Of a stretch of 64,000 nt of DNA, positions 1 to 11,194 are shown one piece after another. Under the pieces are notes generated by a model that was given only the letters and a program-made list of their open reading frames with translations, did not search any database and had not been told where the DNA came from. The stretch is from TPA_inf: Saccharomyces (lineage: Eukaryota), in assembly GCA_000146045.2 (NCBI GenBank), contig BK006943.2:544001-608000 (forward strand), written 5' to 3'. Numbering within the stretch: the first letter of the stretch is position 1; every line of letters begins with the position of its first letter. Both the position numbers and the translations under genes were made by a program.

Positions 1-61
1 CCAAGAAGTACGCTTCTAAACTAAATATGATTCATAGTGGACAGAAAGATCACCATTTTGA

Positions 62-712
62 ATGATGGGTCGTGGCAAATTAATACTGATAGAAGGATTG
101 GATAGGACTGGTAAAACCACGCAATGTAATATTCTTTACAAAAAATTGCAACCAAACTGTAAACTATTGAAGTTCCCCGAAAGGTCTACCCGAATCGGAG
201 GACTCATAAACGAATATTTGACGGATGATAGTTTCCAATTATCAGATCAGGCAATTCACCTCTTGTTTTCGGCAAATAGATGGGAAATAGTTGACAAGAT
301 AAAGAAAGATTTACTAGAAGGCAAGAACATTGTCATGGACAGATATGTTTATTCTGGAGTGGCATATTCTGCCGCTAAGGGGACAAATGGAATGGATTTG
401 GATTGGTGCTTGCAACCCGATGTAGGGTTGCTGAAACCGGATTTGACATTATTTTTAAGCACTCAAGATGTCGACAATAACGCCGAAAAATCTGGATTTG
501 GTGACGAAAGATACGAAACTGTTAAGTTTCAAGAAAAAGTGAAGCAAACTTTTATGAAGCTATTGGATAAAGAGATAAGGAAAGGCGATGAGTCAATCAC
601 GATTGTAGACGTTACTAATAAGGGCATTCAGGAAGTTGAAGCGCTTATTTGGCAAATCGTTGAGCCTGTTTTGAGTACGCATATTGATCATGATAAATTT
701 TCGTTCTTCTAG
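62..712 (+). CDS. CDC8: Thymidylate (dTMP) kinase, 216 aa
   Basis: ATG-initiated ORF; translation [21 protein letters not shown] carries the P-loop GLDRTGKTT; length matches yeast CDC8. Confidence 0.95.
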
Positions 713-731
713 GAGGATCTGTACATATATC

Positions 732-1175
732 CTAGTCTAGTCTATCTAAAATACTTAGTCTTTCTAACAGCATATCCTTTGAAATTTCTTGTATTTCCCC
801 TCCAATAAACATCTCGTCCATTATCATATAGACTTTGTAAAAGTTGAATACGATATCCAGTTCACAGACATTGCCGAAAAATGCATCTAGCACCTCCACA
901 AACAGATGGATGTGGCACAAATATATGGGTTCATCGTCAAGTAAGTCCACACCCATGACAAAATACAGACCCGCATACCTCCTGTATATGAGTTTCGTCG
1001 AATCGGAAAACTCTACGAAGTTACTCTGATGCTTATGATCTCTGGAAGATATGAGTCTATAAATCTGCGCAATGGCATCCTGGCTACGCTGAGGATCCGA
1101 ACTGTGTACATCGAACCATCTCACCAACCGCACCACACCCTGCTTATTAAAGCACAGTATAAACTGTACTGCCAT
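732..1175 (-). CDS. APS2: AP-2 clathrin adaptor sigma small subunit, 147 aa
   Basis: ORF translation MAVQFILCFNKQGVVRLVRWF is a typical adaptor sigma chain; convergent with CDC8, 19 bp between stop codons. Confidence 0.93.
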   Translation of the reverse strand: MAVQFILCFNKQGVVRLVRWFDVHSSDPQRSQDAIAQIYRLISSRDHKHQSNFVEFSDSTKLIYRRYAGLYFVMGVDLLDDEPIYLCHIHLFVEVLDAFFGNVCELDIVFNFYKVYMIMDEMFIGGEIQEISKDMLLERLSILDRLD

Positions 1176-1786
1176 TTTTTTTATCCCTTACAGCAAACAA
1201 GTCTCCGTTCTTCACAAAATAACAGCACCAAACGCTATCTCAAGGCAAACGTTCTTAATGTACCTACTGAATAAACCATTCCTCCCCGTTTGTATCAAAA
1301 GTATCCGAAACTGTTCTATGCGTGCAAAATGATATGTCTTGCAAAACTATTGGAAAGACCCTTCCACTACAGGTACAGTTTAGAAATGCCGGAGCTGCAA
1401 GTACTACGTGCCGGCAGCATGATAAACATACCCGCGTCCTATAGCCATTCAAGCCTACATATATGGTATATACAACATGAACGCTTTAGTACGGTCACCC
1501 CATCTACAAGCATAACCTCTTGGGCAAAGGCGCAAATAGTTGCCACGTGCGAGTGCGGTGCATGGGTGGCTGTCTTTTCGTCATTGGCACGACCCCTTGC
1601 AGGTGGGAGGTAGAACCAAATAATATCCGGTTGACGGTAAAAGCAGGTTTATATATAGTGTTAAAGAAAGGTATTGTCACATCCCGTCGCTACCCTTATC
1701 CAAACCACGATATCGCACGCACACCAGGAAAGTAAAGTTGTGTAAGCCGTAGCAGTTTTTTACAGGTTAACCGATTGAATAAGATA

Positions 1787-4243
1787 ATGGCGGGAAACGG
1801 TAAGGACAAAGAGGTAGATAAAAGTCCCTCTGTTAGTACTTTGAAACTATTGGGAAAACGCCTGTTTAATTCCAGCAGTCACACGGATAACTCTTCGTTA
1901 CTGCTTAGTGCCGAACAATTGGGCAATGGGAGAAGTTTAAGAAAAAGGCCAACGTCTCCGTCCATTAGTGGCAGTGGTAGCGGTGGTAATTCACCTTCGT
2001 CTTCTGCTGGGGCACGGCAGAGATCTGCTTCTTTACATAGAAGAAAAAACAATGCTTCTGTAGGATTTTCAAATGGGTCTGTGTCGTCACACAAGTCCTC
2101 TGTCGCATTGCAGGACTTAATTAAACATAATAATAACCCTTACTTGAACTCTCCCTCTGATATTCTGGGCACAGGTACTGGCATTGCCTCGACAAGAGAT
2201 AGGGATAGAGCAGTTTTGGATAGAGAAAAGGAAAAAGAAAGGGCGAGAAACAAAGAAAGAAATACTCATCACGCGGGCTTACCGCAAAGGTCTAATAGCA
2301 TGGCTAGTCACCATTTTCCCAACGAGAATATAGTTTATAATCCATACGGCATAAGCCCAAACCATGCTAGGCCAGATACTGCATTTGCAGACACTCTGAA
2401 TACGAATAAGGAGAACGATTTGAGTTTTTACATGCATGATGGTAACAGCAAGATACGGATGTTGCCCCTTCCAATTGCTAATCCGAACGATTTTTTGCCC
2501 GAAGATATGAAACAATATAGTGTCCATTTAACGGATAATTTCGTATTTGATACGGACAATAAACCTATTGGTTCGGGTGGGTCTAGTGAAGTTAGAAAGG
2601 TTAAATCAAGTTACAGGCAAAAGGATGTTTACGCTCTAAAAAAACTGAATATGATATACCACGAGTCACCCGAGAAGTTTTACAAGAGATGCTCCAAAGA
2701 ATTCATCATAGCTAAGCATTTAAGTCATAACGTTCACATCACGAATACTTTTTATCTTCTAAAAGTTCCCACGACCACATATACAACTCGTGGTTGGGGG
2801 TTTATTATGGAACTAGGTGTTAAGGACCTCTTCCAACTGATGGAAAGAACAGGCTGGAAGAACGTTCCCTTCAATGAAAAATATTGTCTTTTCAAACAAG
2901 TGGCCCAAGGTATTAAGTTTTGTCATGACAATGGTATTGCTCACCGTGATTTGAAGCCCGAAAATGTTTTAATTTCTAAAGAAGGTATATGCAAATTGAC
3001 GGATTTCGGTATTTCTGATTGGTACCATGTGATACCTCATGACTACACTAGTCCAGTGAAAACATGCCAAGGTATGATTGGCTCTCCACCATACACTCCG
3101 CCAGAGGTAATGTACTTCGATGCCAAGAAGCACTACCCCGAAAAGTTCCAAAAACCCTATAATCCGTTGGCCATGGATTCCTATGCCCTCGGAATCATGC
3201 TGATTACCATGATTAACAATATCATCCCCTTCATCGATTCTTGTAACACTGATGCGAGATTCAGGGAATTTGAAGTGTCATATGACAACTTCATCAATCA
3301 TCAAAACCCACATTTCAGGGACAAGGGCTGCCACAAGCCGGGTCCTGGTTCCGAATACTCTTTAGCAAGAAATTTCAAGAATACTGATGCCACGCGTATC
3401 GCATGGAGATTGGCTGACCCGAACCCTGCAACTAGATATACAATGGATGATTTATTTAATGATCCGTTTTTCCAACAAATTGAAACATGTGTCGAGCCAA
3501 ATGATGATGACTTAGTAAGGGTTCCTGAATTAAGGAAAAGTACTTCTACCAATGATTTTAGTGAAAATTCATTAGATGCACCCCATGATCAAGAGGTCAT
3601 TCACACGTCTAATCCATTCCTAAAAAAGGAAACGCTCACTTCTAAACCAAGATCGATGTTGGAAATTGCAGAATCTCCTTCCTTGAAACAAAAATCCAAG
3701 GTAAAAGATAGCGCAAAGACCAAAACACACGATGTTGGGGATGAAGGGGGGAATGAAAGCACCAAACCTAAGCAGCAAGATAAAAAGGAAAATTTGAAGA
3801 AAGATGAGGTCAAGAACGGCGACAAGGACAAAGTCATTGAAGAGGCTACCACGACTAATGTGGACAGCATATTGGAAAAACCAACACCAACCTCCACAAA
3901 AGTAGAGGACAACTTAAGCGAAGATGATTCCACAATGAAGGAATTAAAGTCGATGCTAAACTCCACCCCTACTACACCAACACATAATGGCCCCACTCCG
4001 CTCCCTGCAAAGGCTGGCACTCAATTAGATAAGCGTATGAGCGACCTATCACTCAAATCGGAAACACCGGCTTCTACAAAGAACTTTAGCGCACCGAATG
4101 TTTCGTCATCAAGCAATTCACTGAGAAGCCTCGGAAGTCCAAGCGTGTCATCCTCGAAAAAGAAGAAGGTAATTCACCACCACTTGGACATTACCAACAG
4201 CGTTACAAACATGTCATCCGTGAGCGCCTTTATCTCAAGATAG
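1787..4243 (+). CDS. PTK2: Ser/Thr protein kinase, 818 aa (polyamine transport / Pma1 regulation)
   Basis: Track ORF starts at a TTG at 1775; first ATG at 1787 gives MAGNGKDKEV; kinase motifs HRDLKPEN and LTDFGIS; S/N-rich tails. Confidence 0.92.
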   Translation: MAGNGKDKEVDKSPSVSTLKLLGKRLFNSSSHTDNSSLLLSAEQLGNGRSLRKRPTSPSISGSGSGGNSPSSSAGARQRSASLHRRKNNASVGFSNGSVSSHKSSVALQDLIKHNNNPYLNSPSDILGTGTGIASTRDRDRAVLDREKEKERARNKERNTHHAGLPQRSNSMASHHFPNENIVYNPYGISPNHARPDTAFADTLNTNKENDLSFYMHDGNSKIRMLPLPIANPNDFLPEDMKQYSVHLTDNFVFDTDNKPIGSGGSSEVRKVKSSYRQKDVYALKKLNMIYHESPEKFYKRCSKEFIIAKHLSHNVHITNTFYLLKVPTTTYTTRGWGFIMELGVKDLFQLMERTGWKNVPFNEKYCLFKQVAQGIKFCHDNGIAHRDLKPENVLISKEGICKLTDFGISDWYHVIPHDYTSPVKTCQGMIGSPPYTPPEVMYFDAKKHYPEKFQKPYNPLAMDSYALGIMLITMINNIIPFIDSCNTDARFREFEVSYDNFINHQNPHFRDKGCHKPGPGSEYSLARNFKNTDATRIAWRLADPNPATRYTMDDLFNDPFFQQIETCVEPNDDDLVRVPELRKSTSTNDFSENSLDAPHDQEVIHTSNPFLKKETLTSKPRSMLEIAESPSLKQKSKVKDSAKTKTHDVGDEGGNESTKPKQQDKKENLKKDEVKNGDKDKVIEEATTTNVDSILEKPTPTSTKVEDNLSEDDSTMKELKSMLNSTPTTPTHNGPTPLPAKAGTQLDKRMSDLSLKSETPASTKNFSAPNVSSSSNSLRSLGSPSVSSSKKKKVIHHHLDITNSVTNMSSVSAFISR

Positions 4244-4590
4244 ACGTTAGGACTTCTTTAATTCCCTCTTTTATGCTTTAGTATCGTCATATTCTTTCAT
4301 ACCCTTCCTTATAAGCTTTTTATATAAAATATCCCACCGGGAAAAGATAAAGAACGGAAGATAAATCAAACAATGAAATAAAGCACACACATATAAATCC
4401 ACATATGTACTTATATATTTTACTTCAAACAATAAACAAACATTTTATTATTTATTTTTCCCGTACATCGATGTACGTGATCGGTTTTTCTCATTCCTCT
4501 CGGATCCTTCGGGACCACCATGTCTCACCCACCAAGGTCAAAAAAAAAATAAAATCGGACGAGAAAAGTATTGGGCAAACAACAATTATC

Positions 4591-4596
4591 CACGTG
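4591..4596. promoter_or_regulatory. CACGTG E-box (Cbf1/Pho4/CDEI-type site) about -165 from CBF1's own ATG, with an adjacent TCACGTT half-match
   Basis: atccacgtgcttatcacgtt: palindromic CACGTG plus a one-mismatch TCACGTG-like copy 9 bp downstream. Confidence 0.4.
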
Positions 4597-4758
4597 CTTA
4601 TCACGTTTTTTTATTTAATGTAGAATGTAAACCATTATACCTTAAAGATAAACACTTTGTTAATTAATCATTTTAGTTGGCGGTCATTTTCATTTCTGCT
4701 ACAAGTACCAACATCAAGTGCTTAAAATATAATACGGTTTTCTACACTTTTATTAACG

Positions 4759-5814
4759 ATGAACTCTCTGGCAAATAATAATAAGCTTTCTACTGAGGAT
4801 GAGGAAATCCATTCGGCAAGAAAAAGAGGCTATAACGAGGAGCAGAACTACAGCGAGGCCAGGAAAAAGCAAAGAGATCAAGGCTTGTTGTCACAAGAGA
4901 GCAATGACGGAAATATTGACTCTGCTCTGTTGAGCGAAGGGGCTACGCTAAAAGGGACTCAAAGTCAGTATGAAAGCGGACTGACGTCTAACAAAGATGA
5001 GAAAGGAAGTGATGACGAAGATGCGTCAGTGGCTGAGGCTGCTGTTGCCGCTACCGTCAATTATACAGACTTAATCCAGGGCCAGGAAGATAGTTCTGAT
5101 GCCCACACATCTAATCAAACGAACGCGAATGGTGAGCACAAGGATTCCCTTAATGGGGAAAGAGCCATAACCCCATCAAATGAAGGAGTCAAGCCAAACA
5201 CCTCCCTGGAGGGAATGACGTCTTCACCAATGGAATCTACACAGCAATCTAAAAACGACATGCTCATACCATTGGCAGAACACGATCGTGGGCCAGAACA
5301 CCAACAGGATGATGAAGACAATGATGACGCTGACATTGATCTCAAAAAGGATATAAGCATGCAGCCGGGTCGTCGTGGAAGAAAACCTACTACTTTGGCC
5401 ACAACAGACGAGTGGAAAAAGCAAAGAAAAGACTCCCATAAAGAAGTCGAAAGGCGTCGCCGCGAAAACATCAACACTGCAATCAACGTTTTAAGCGACC
5501 TCCTGCCCGTGAGAGAATCAAGTAAGGCAGCAATATTGGCGTGTGCCGCTGAATACATTCAAAAATTGAAAGAAACCGATGAAGCAAACATCGAAAAGTG
5601 GACGTTACAAAAATTGCTTAGCGAGCAAAACGCATCGCAATTAGCCAGTGCAAATGAGAAACTGCAGGAAGAACTGGGAAATGCTTACAAAGAAATCGAG
5701 TACATGAAACGCGTTTTAAGGAAGGAGGGAATAGAATACGAGGATATGCACACTCACAAGAAACAAGAGAACGAAAGAAAAAGCACTAGGAGCGATAATC
5801 CACATGAGGCTTGA
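4759..5814 (+). CDS. CBF1: Centromere-binding factor 1, bHLH-zip, 351 aa
   Basis: MNSLANNNKLSTEDEE...; basic region KEVERRRRENIN followed by helix-loop-helix and leucine zipper at the C-terminus. Confidence 0.95.
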   Translation: MNSLANNNKLSTEDEEIHSARKRGYNEEQNYSEARKKQRDQGLLSQESNDGNIDSALLSEGATLKGTQSQYESGLTSNKDEKGSDDEDASVAEAAVAATVNYTDLIQGQEDSSDAHTSNQTNANGEHKDSLNGERAITPSNEGVKPNTSLEGMTSSPMESTQQSKNDMLIPLAEHDRGPEHQQDDEDNDDADIDLKKDISMQPGRRGRKPTTLATTDEWKKQRKDSHKEVERRRRENINTAINVLSDLLPVRESSKAAILACAAEYIQKLKETDEANIEKWTLQKLLSEQNASQLASANEKLQEELGNAYKEIEYMKRVLRKEGIEYEDMHTHKKQENERKSTRSDNPHEA

Positions 5815-6510
5815 GAGTTAAAAATAGATAGCTAAATGTATTTCGAGTCTCCCTATGTATCTGCGTCTCTGCCCCATAGCACCTCTGTTAAGTTTTTATC
5901 AATATTCCATCGGCATATTTGAAACCGCCCGGATGGTATTAGAGAATCACTCAGCCTCAAACTCAGCAAGTAAAAGAGGACGGGACGGACTTTCAAATAT
6001 GTCTTTGTACGTTATTGTTTTTCATCCCTAAATGGCTTAGTAAAAAAGTTTTGCCAAGAATTTTTTGACGTTCAATGGAAAAATCGCCAAGAGAAATACG
6101 CACAACCTCCGTTTTCCCGCCTTTTATCAAAAAATCTTAGTTTTCCCTTCCTTTTTTTTTTTTTGGGTCGCAGAAAAGAAAAAAGATAGTAGTGGAGAGG
6201 ATTACCTGAAAAAAACAGGCAAAAACGTCACATCCTTGAAGGTCCGCGACAATCACGGGCCTATTTCTACTTTGGGGCTTTGCTTGATTATTTAAGAAGA
6301 AACATTGGACGAAGATCAAGTAAGAGTGCACTTGTCTTTAGTCTGGCATTCCGCTATTTGTATCTTATATAGTTAACAACAACTGTTATTTACTTTCTGG
6401 AAAACAACCAACGTTTATTTTTATGAATTAGAATCATTGAGATTGTCTAAACGAGAGGAAGAGAAAGAAAGAGAGAAAGAGAAAAGAAAGCGAAGCAAGA
6501 TACAATTCCA

Positions 6511-9318
6511 ATGATGTTATCACTGCGCAGGTTCTCCATGTACGTTTTGAGATCTCTGCGGCTTCACTTTAAAAAGATAATCATTACTCTTCTAACTATC
6601 CAGTTACTATTCATTACCATATTTGTATTGGGCGGTCGCTCGTCGATTATTGACGGTAACTGGAAGTCATTCATGGCGCTCTTTTTCAAACCGCTTGCTT
6701 ACACTAACAGAAACAACAACCATGCTTCTTTCGATCTGAGATCAAAAGACAACGTAGCCAAACTTTACGAAAAAATGAATTTTGATACTTCAGGCAAATG
6801 GATCGACACGTACACCTTGAAGAATAATCTTCTCACTGTGAAAATGGGTCCTGAAAAAGGGCAAGTTCTTGATTCGGTAGATGAATTGAGATATTACGAT
6901 AACGACCCAAGGCTGGTATGGTCAGTTTTACTAGATCACTTATTAGAATCAGATTCCAATGAATACGCATTTTCGTGGTACGATTGGGCTAATTTTGACT
7001 CTACAAACAAACTCATTGCACTGAGACACACGAACATATCTTGCCAGTTCGTTTGCGAGGGTGCCTTTGATAAAAATGTGCTAGAAATGGTAGAGAGTGA
7101 AGTCCAAGAGCCTTTATTCGTCACAAATAGGAATAAATATGACGAATCGCTCTGGTACAACAGGGTAAGAAAGGTTGTCGATTCTAATTCTGTGCAGCAA
7201 GCCATACATGATCACTGCATGAATAATGACGCGTATTCCAATGGTACTCCCTTCGAATTGCCTTTTATCATAAGCGAAATTTCTGAAAGGTTGAGGCCAG
7301 AAGTGTATGACTTACAAGCCAAAAACCACTTGTTATATTCTAACTTTACTCCACTGTCATTAACCGTACTGGACAGCGATAAAGATGCATACAGAATCAA
7401 TTTGAAGACAACAGACTCTTCCAAATCAAATATAGTACAGACAAATCTACTACAGAATTACATTAAGAGGCACAGAAATGAAATGGTAAATGGCGACCTC
7501 ATTTTCAACCACACTTCCATGTTTGAAAAATTTTTACATCATGGATCCACTAAAAAAAGGAAACTTGACGTTGAAGCGTTGGATAAAACAATATACGCTG
7601 GAGAGTATCTAGAACTATCACCATCTGATTTCCAATTCAATGCAAAAGAGAGGATCATTGAATTAGAGACCAGGCTCAGGTCTGAAGGCCTACCATCTCA
7701 TGATACCCACTATTTACGAAGTTTAAAGACGTCCGTAAATACGTCCCCTGCATTACAGCAAAAGTATTTCGCAGAGGCCTCTGATATTACGGACGCGACT
7801 GCCGATGGTCATCATAGAGACAGGCGATTTTTCTCAATCGGACATAATCTCCTAAATGACCCTCAGGAGTTTGAAGCAAGATTGAATTCTTTGATCAGAA
7901 ATTTTCAGAAATTTGTTAAGGCTAACGGATTAATTTCCTGGCTATCGCATGGTACATTGTATGGATATCTATATGATGGTCTGAAGTTTCCCTGGGATGT
8001 CGACCATGATTTACAGATGCCCATTAAACATTTACATTACTTGAGTCAATATTTCAACCAATCCCTAATATTAGAAGATCCAAGAGAAGGTAATGGAAGA
8101 TTCTTACTAGATGTAGGAAGCGCAATTACGGTAGGAGTTCATGGGAACGGCGAAAACAATATTGATGCTCGTTTCATCGATATTGACTCAGGTATATACA
8201 TTGACATCACGGGACTTAGCGTTAGTTCCGATGCGGCTAAACAGTACATGTCCAAATTTGTAGAAGAAGAAAGCTCGGGCGAAAGCTTTTCTGCCCTTAT
8301 TGAAGACTATAAGTTTGACGAAAACGACTATTTTGACGAGGTGGATGGTAGAGAAGGTTTAGCTAAATATACCATACATGAATTAATGGAATGGGTTAAT
8401 TCTCATCCAGACGACTTTACGGATGCAGAAAAGAATTTAGTCACCAAAACATACAAGAAAGAGCTTGCAATTTCGAGAAGCGATTATGCTGAAAAAGACT
8501 TGTCTCCGAAACAAAGGTATTTGGTAAATGAGAAGTATAACCTTTACAATTGTAGAAACCAGCATTTTTCCAGTCTAAACATCATATCACCCTTGAGAAA
8601 TACAATGTTCAGCGGTGTGTCAGCATTTGTTCCTAATAGGCCCATAGCAACATTGAATAATGAGTATAAAGTTCCGGCAAAATACGGGCTTTTGTCATTC
8701 CAAGGTAAGGTGTATTTACCGGAATTCAGATACTGGTTCTCGTTTGCAGACATGAAGAAGTTTGCAAATTTGCAGCTGAAAGAACCCAAGATAACACGAC
8801 TGGAAAGTCCCTTAAATGATTTAAAATTCAGCGACATAAGCCTACTGATAACAAACATTTTAAAATGTGGGTTTCACTCCGTATTTGCCAGCTTATTTAA
8901 TTCTTTTGACAGTACTGTTTACAGACTCAAAGAGCTTGAAATACAGTATGATCCTAGCTTGAGTGAGGAAGAAAAAAGTAGTCTATTAAAAACTCTACGG
9001 CGAGGAATGTCAAAAAAAATAAAATCACCAGAAAAAGATCCGATCATATATATATACGAAAGAAAGTTATGGGAAAACGTGGAAAAGTTGTTGAATGCGT
9101 CAAACATCTACAACATTGCTTCACAAGTTGAGAAGGAAAAAGGTAAAGAGTTTGTTGAACGGTCCCAGCAAGTATATGAAAGAAACTTTGACGGCTTCAG
9201 ACTTCCCGATGGCGGCAACAGTAAGACTGTAAATGATCTGAATTCTAAGGGCTTAAATCTCTTTGGTGATAATAAGAAAACTTCAAACAATATATTTGGT
9301 TCAGACCAAAAATATTAA
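6511..9318 (+). CDS. YJR061W: Mnn4-like putative mannosylphosphorylation protein (LicD/fukutin-like), 935 aa
   Basis: N-terminal signal-anchor hydrophobic segment (IITLLTIQLLFITIFVLGG), long luminal domain; length matches the MNN4 paralog at this position. Confidence 0.85.
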   Translation: MMLSLRRFSMYVLRSLRLHFKKIIITLLTIQLLFITIFVLGGRSSIIDGNWKSFMALFFKPLAYTNRNNNHASFDLRSKDNVAKLYEKMNFDTSGKWIDTYTLKNNLLTVKMGPEKGQVLDSVDELRYYDNDPRLVWSVLLDHLLESDSNEYAFSWYDWANFDSTNKLIALRHTNISCQFVCEGAFDKNVLEMVESEVQEPLFVTNRNKYDESLWYNRVRKVVDSNSVQQAIHDHCMNNDAYSNGTPFELPFIISEISERLRPEVYDLQAKNHLLYSNFTPLSLTVLDSDKDAYRINLKTTDSSKSNIVQTNLLQNYIKRHRNEMVNGDLIFNHTSMFEKFLHHGSTKKRKLDVEALDKTIYAGEYLELSPSDFQFNAKERIIELETRLRSEGLPSHDTHYLRSLKTSVNTSPALQQKYFAEASDITDATADGHHRDRRFFSIGHNLLNDPQEFEARLNSLIRNFQKFVKANGLISWLSHGTLYGYLYDGLKFPWDVDHDLQMPIKHLHYLSQYFNQSLILEDPREGNGRFLLDVGSAITVGVHGNGENNIDARFIDIDSGIYIDITGLSVSSDAAKQYMSKFVEEESSGESFSALIEDYKFDENDYFDEVDGREGLAKYTIHELMEWVNSHPDDFTDAEKNLVTKTYKKELAISRSDYAEKDLSPKQRYLVNEKYNLYNCRNQHFSSLNIISPLRNTMFSGVSAFVPNRPIATLNNEYKVPAKYGLLSFQGKVYLPEFRYWFSFADMKKFANLQLKEPKITRLESPLNDLKFSDISLLITNILKCGFHSVFASLFNSFDSTVYRLKELEIQYDPSLSEEEKSSLLKTLRRGMSKKIKSPEKDPIIYIYERKLWENVEKLLNASNIYNIASQVEKEKGKEFVERSQQVYERNFDGFRLPDGGNSKTVNDLNSKGLNLFGDNKKTSNNIFGSDQKY

Positions 9319-9475
9319 AAAACGTTCCCTTATCCTTCGGAATAGGATAATAACAAAAACCATTATTTATTCATTCTTGCCTCACTTAAATTCGGCCCTT
9401 ACGGCGACATTTCAATAACATAAATATGCGTGTAACCTTATTAATTTATAATGTCTAATTTATTATAATATTCCT

Positions 9476-10849
9476 TCACCTAAACACTTCAAATTGGACC
9501 TCACGCAATATAGCGCCTTCTAGACCCTTGCCCAAATTACCCAGCAACTCTACGCTTTCATTGAGAGAATCAAGCGAACTCTCATCATCATCCTGTGAAC
9601 CTTTAGGTTTTTTACCGTTAAATTTATAAATGCCAGAACTTCCTGCAAAAATCGTGGTACCATCTTCAGTACCACATCTGTTAGCTAGCACCAAAATCGC
9701 ATTCTTTCCTTGGAACTTCCAAGGCTGTCCAAGGGAGGTTCCCAAAAATGTCTTTTCCAGTACTGTATCCTTTATCACTTCCTCAGAATCCAATAAGTCT
9801 ATTGTGTCCTCCTTGTGCTTTCCATCTTTATAATATTCATGATCTAGGGGCATTCTAGTTTTGCCCAAAATGCTTTCGATAAGAGATGAATTTTTAAACC
9901 AATTAATTCTGGATTTAAAGTACAAAAAAGGAAAAAATCGTAGAATCCAGTAGTTTACGTTTGACATATCTGGTTCATCCATATCCTTATATTCACTTGT
10001 ACTGTCGTCAGAAGGCACTCTGGGCGTACGTTGCGAATCACCAATTTTAAGCTGGTAAATTCCTTGAGATCCTGCCAAAGGCAACCCTTGCTCCTTTAAA
10101 GCGAAAGCTATTTTGTTCTTAGCGGCTTCTAATAATGAATTGTTATGTAACGTCTGTTTGTCTGTGATAGAAGTAGAGTTTAACCACGCCATTGGACATA
10201 GAATCAATTCAACATTATTGTCAACGCAAAAAGAAGAGAATTCAAAGTGATTAAAGGGGGCCATGAATTTGTAGGGACTTAAGTCCATACAAATACCTAT
10301 TGATGCTTTCAAAGTCACATCTCTGTTGTAAGAGTCCTCATTAGAAAGCTTAGCACACTTTGAAAAATCCATGGGAAACGTCTGAAATCCCTCTGGATTC
10401 TCCTCGCAATCCCAATTCATTTCTGTATCATAGAGAAAAGTCTTTCTGTAATTAAAGATCTGCTCCCCCTGCGGATTTACTACCAGGGCAGAATTGTATA
10501 GCTTCTGTTCATCATCATCTTCAGGATATCCTATTATAGTGTAGCATTGAAATTTCTCGGATATTGATTTAGCCAGTTCAAAAGAGGGCCCTTCATCTTT
10601 CTTAGTAACATAAGGTAAAATATCTTTTCTGGCATGAAAACTGTAACCTGTCAATGCAAATTCGGGGAATAGTATTATGTCTGGTTTCACATAGGTGGCA
10701 CTTTTCGTAACTTTATCCAATATTGACCATGTTCTCTTAATTGTTTGATCTACTTGCCCAATTTGCGGATTGAGTTGAATTACTAGTACCTTTAGTGATA
10801 CTAAAAGTTTTGTGCTCATCTTAGCACCATGAATTGCGTCTATTAGCAT
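9476..10849 (-). CDS. NTA1: N-terminal amidase (N-end rule), 457 aa
   Basis: MLIDAIHGAKMSTKLLVSLKVLVIQLNPQIG...; carbon-nitrogen hydrolase-like fold; expected neighbour of RPA12. Confidence 0.9.
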   Translation of the reverse strand: MLIDAIHGAKMSTKLLVSLKVLVIQLNPQIGQVDQTIKRTWSILDKVTKSATYVKPDIILFPEFALTGYSFHARKDILPYVTKKDEGPSFELAKSISEKFQCYTIIGYPEDDDEQKLYNSALVVNPQGEQIFNYRKTFLYDTEMNWDCEENPEGFQTFPMDFSKCAKLSNEDSYNRDVTLKASIGICMDLSPYKFMAPFNHFEFSSFCVDNNVELILCPMAWLNSTSITDKQTLHNNSLLEAAKNKIAFALKEQGLPLAGSQGIYQLKIGDSQRTPRVPSDDSTSEYKDMDEPDMSNVNYWILRFFPFLYFKSRINWFKNSSLIESILGKTRMPLDHEYYKDGKHKEDTIDLLDSEEVIKDTVLEKTFLGTSLGQPWKFQGKNAILVLANRCGTEDGTTIFAGSSGIYKFNGKKPKGSQDDDESSLDSLNESVELLGNLGKGLEGAILREVQFEVFR

Positions 10850-11194
10850 TCACTGAATGTCACGATAGAGTTATCGCTGTAAACTAGCACTTTTTAGCAT
10901 TGAAATGCTTAAAATGTGTGAAACTAAAGTGGTTTTATTTCCAAAGAAGGGTTATCCCTTACTAGGGCAACGAATGAATATCTATTAGGGCTATAAAACA
11001 AAAATAGTTAAGTGAGATATATACCCTCTTGAATGGTGCAGGGTAAATAATTATATATCGTTACGAACGAAAGATGAAAAATATGAAAAAAAAAAAAATC
11101 AAATTTATGTCAAGTGAAGGGCATTGCATGGCAAGTGTAAAGAATCCAAGAAGAAAAGAAAGGCTTAAAGCAATCCAGGTTAGTACTTATAAGA

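Noticed and set aside
1775-1786. N-terminal extensions in the ORF track (PTK2 1775, CCT5 11908, MOG1 29047, BNA2 34560, BIR1 43673, GRR1 50381, JSN1 54387)
   Set aside because: The track translates TTG/GTG/CTG as Met (bacterial-style start set). In each case the extension contains no ATG, and the first ATG gives exactly the known yeast protein length. The extensions are artefacts, not alternative isoforms.
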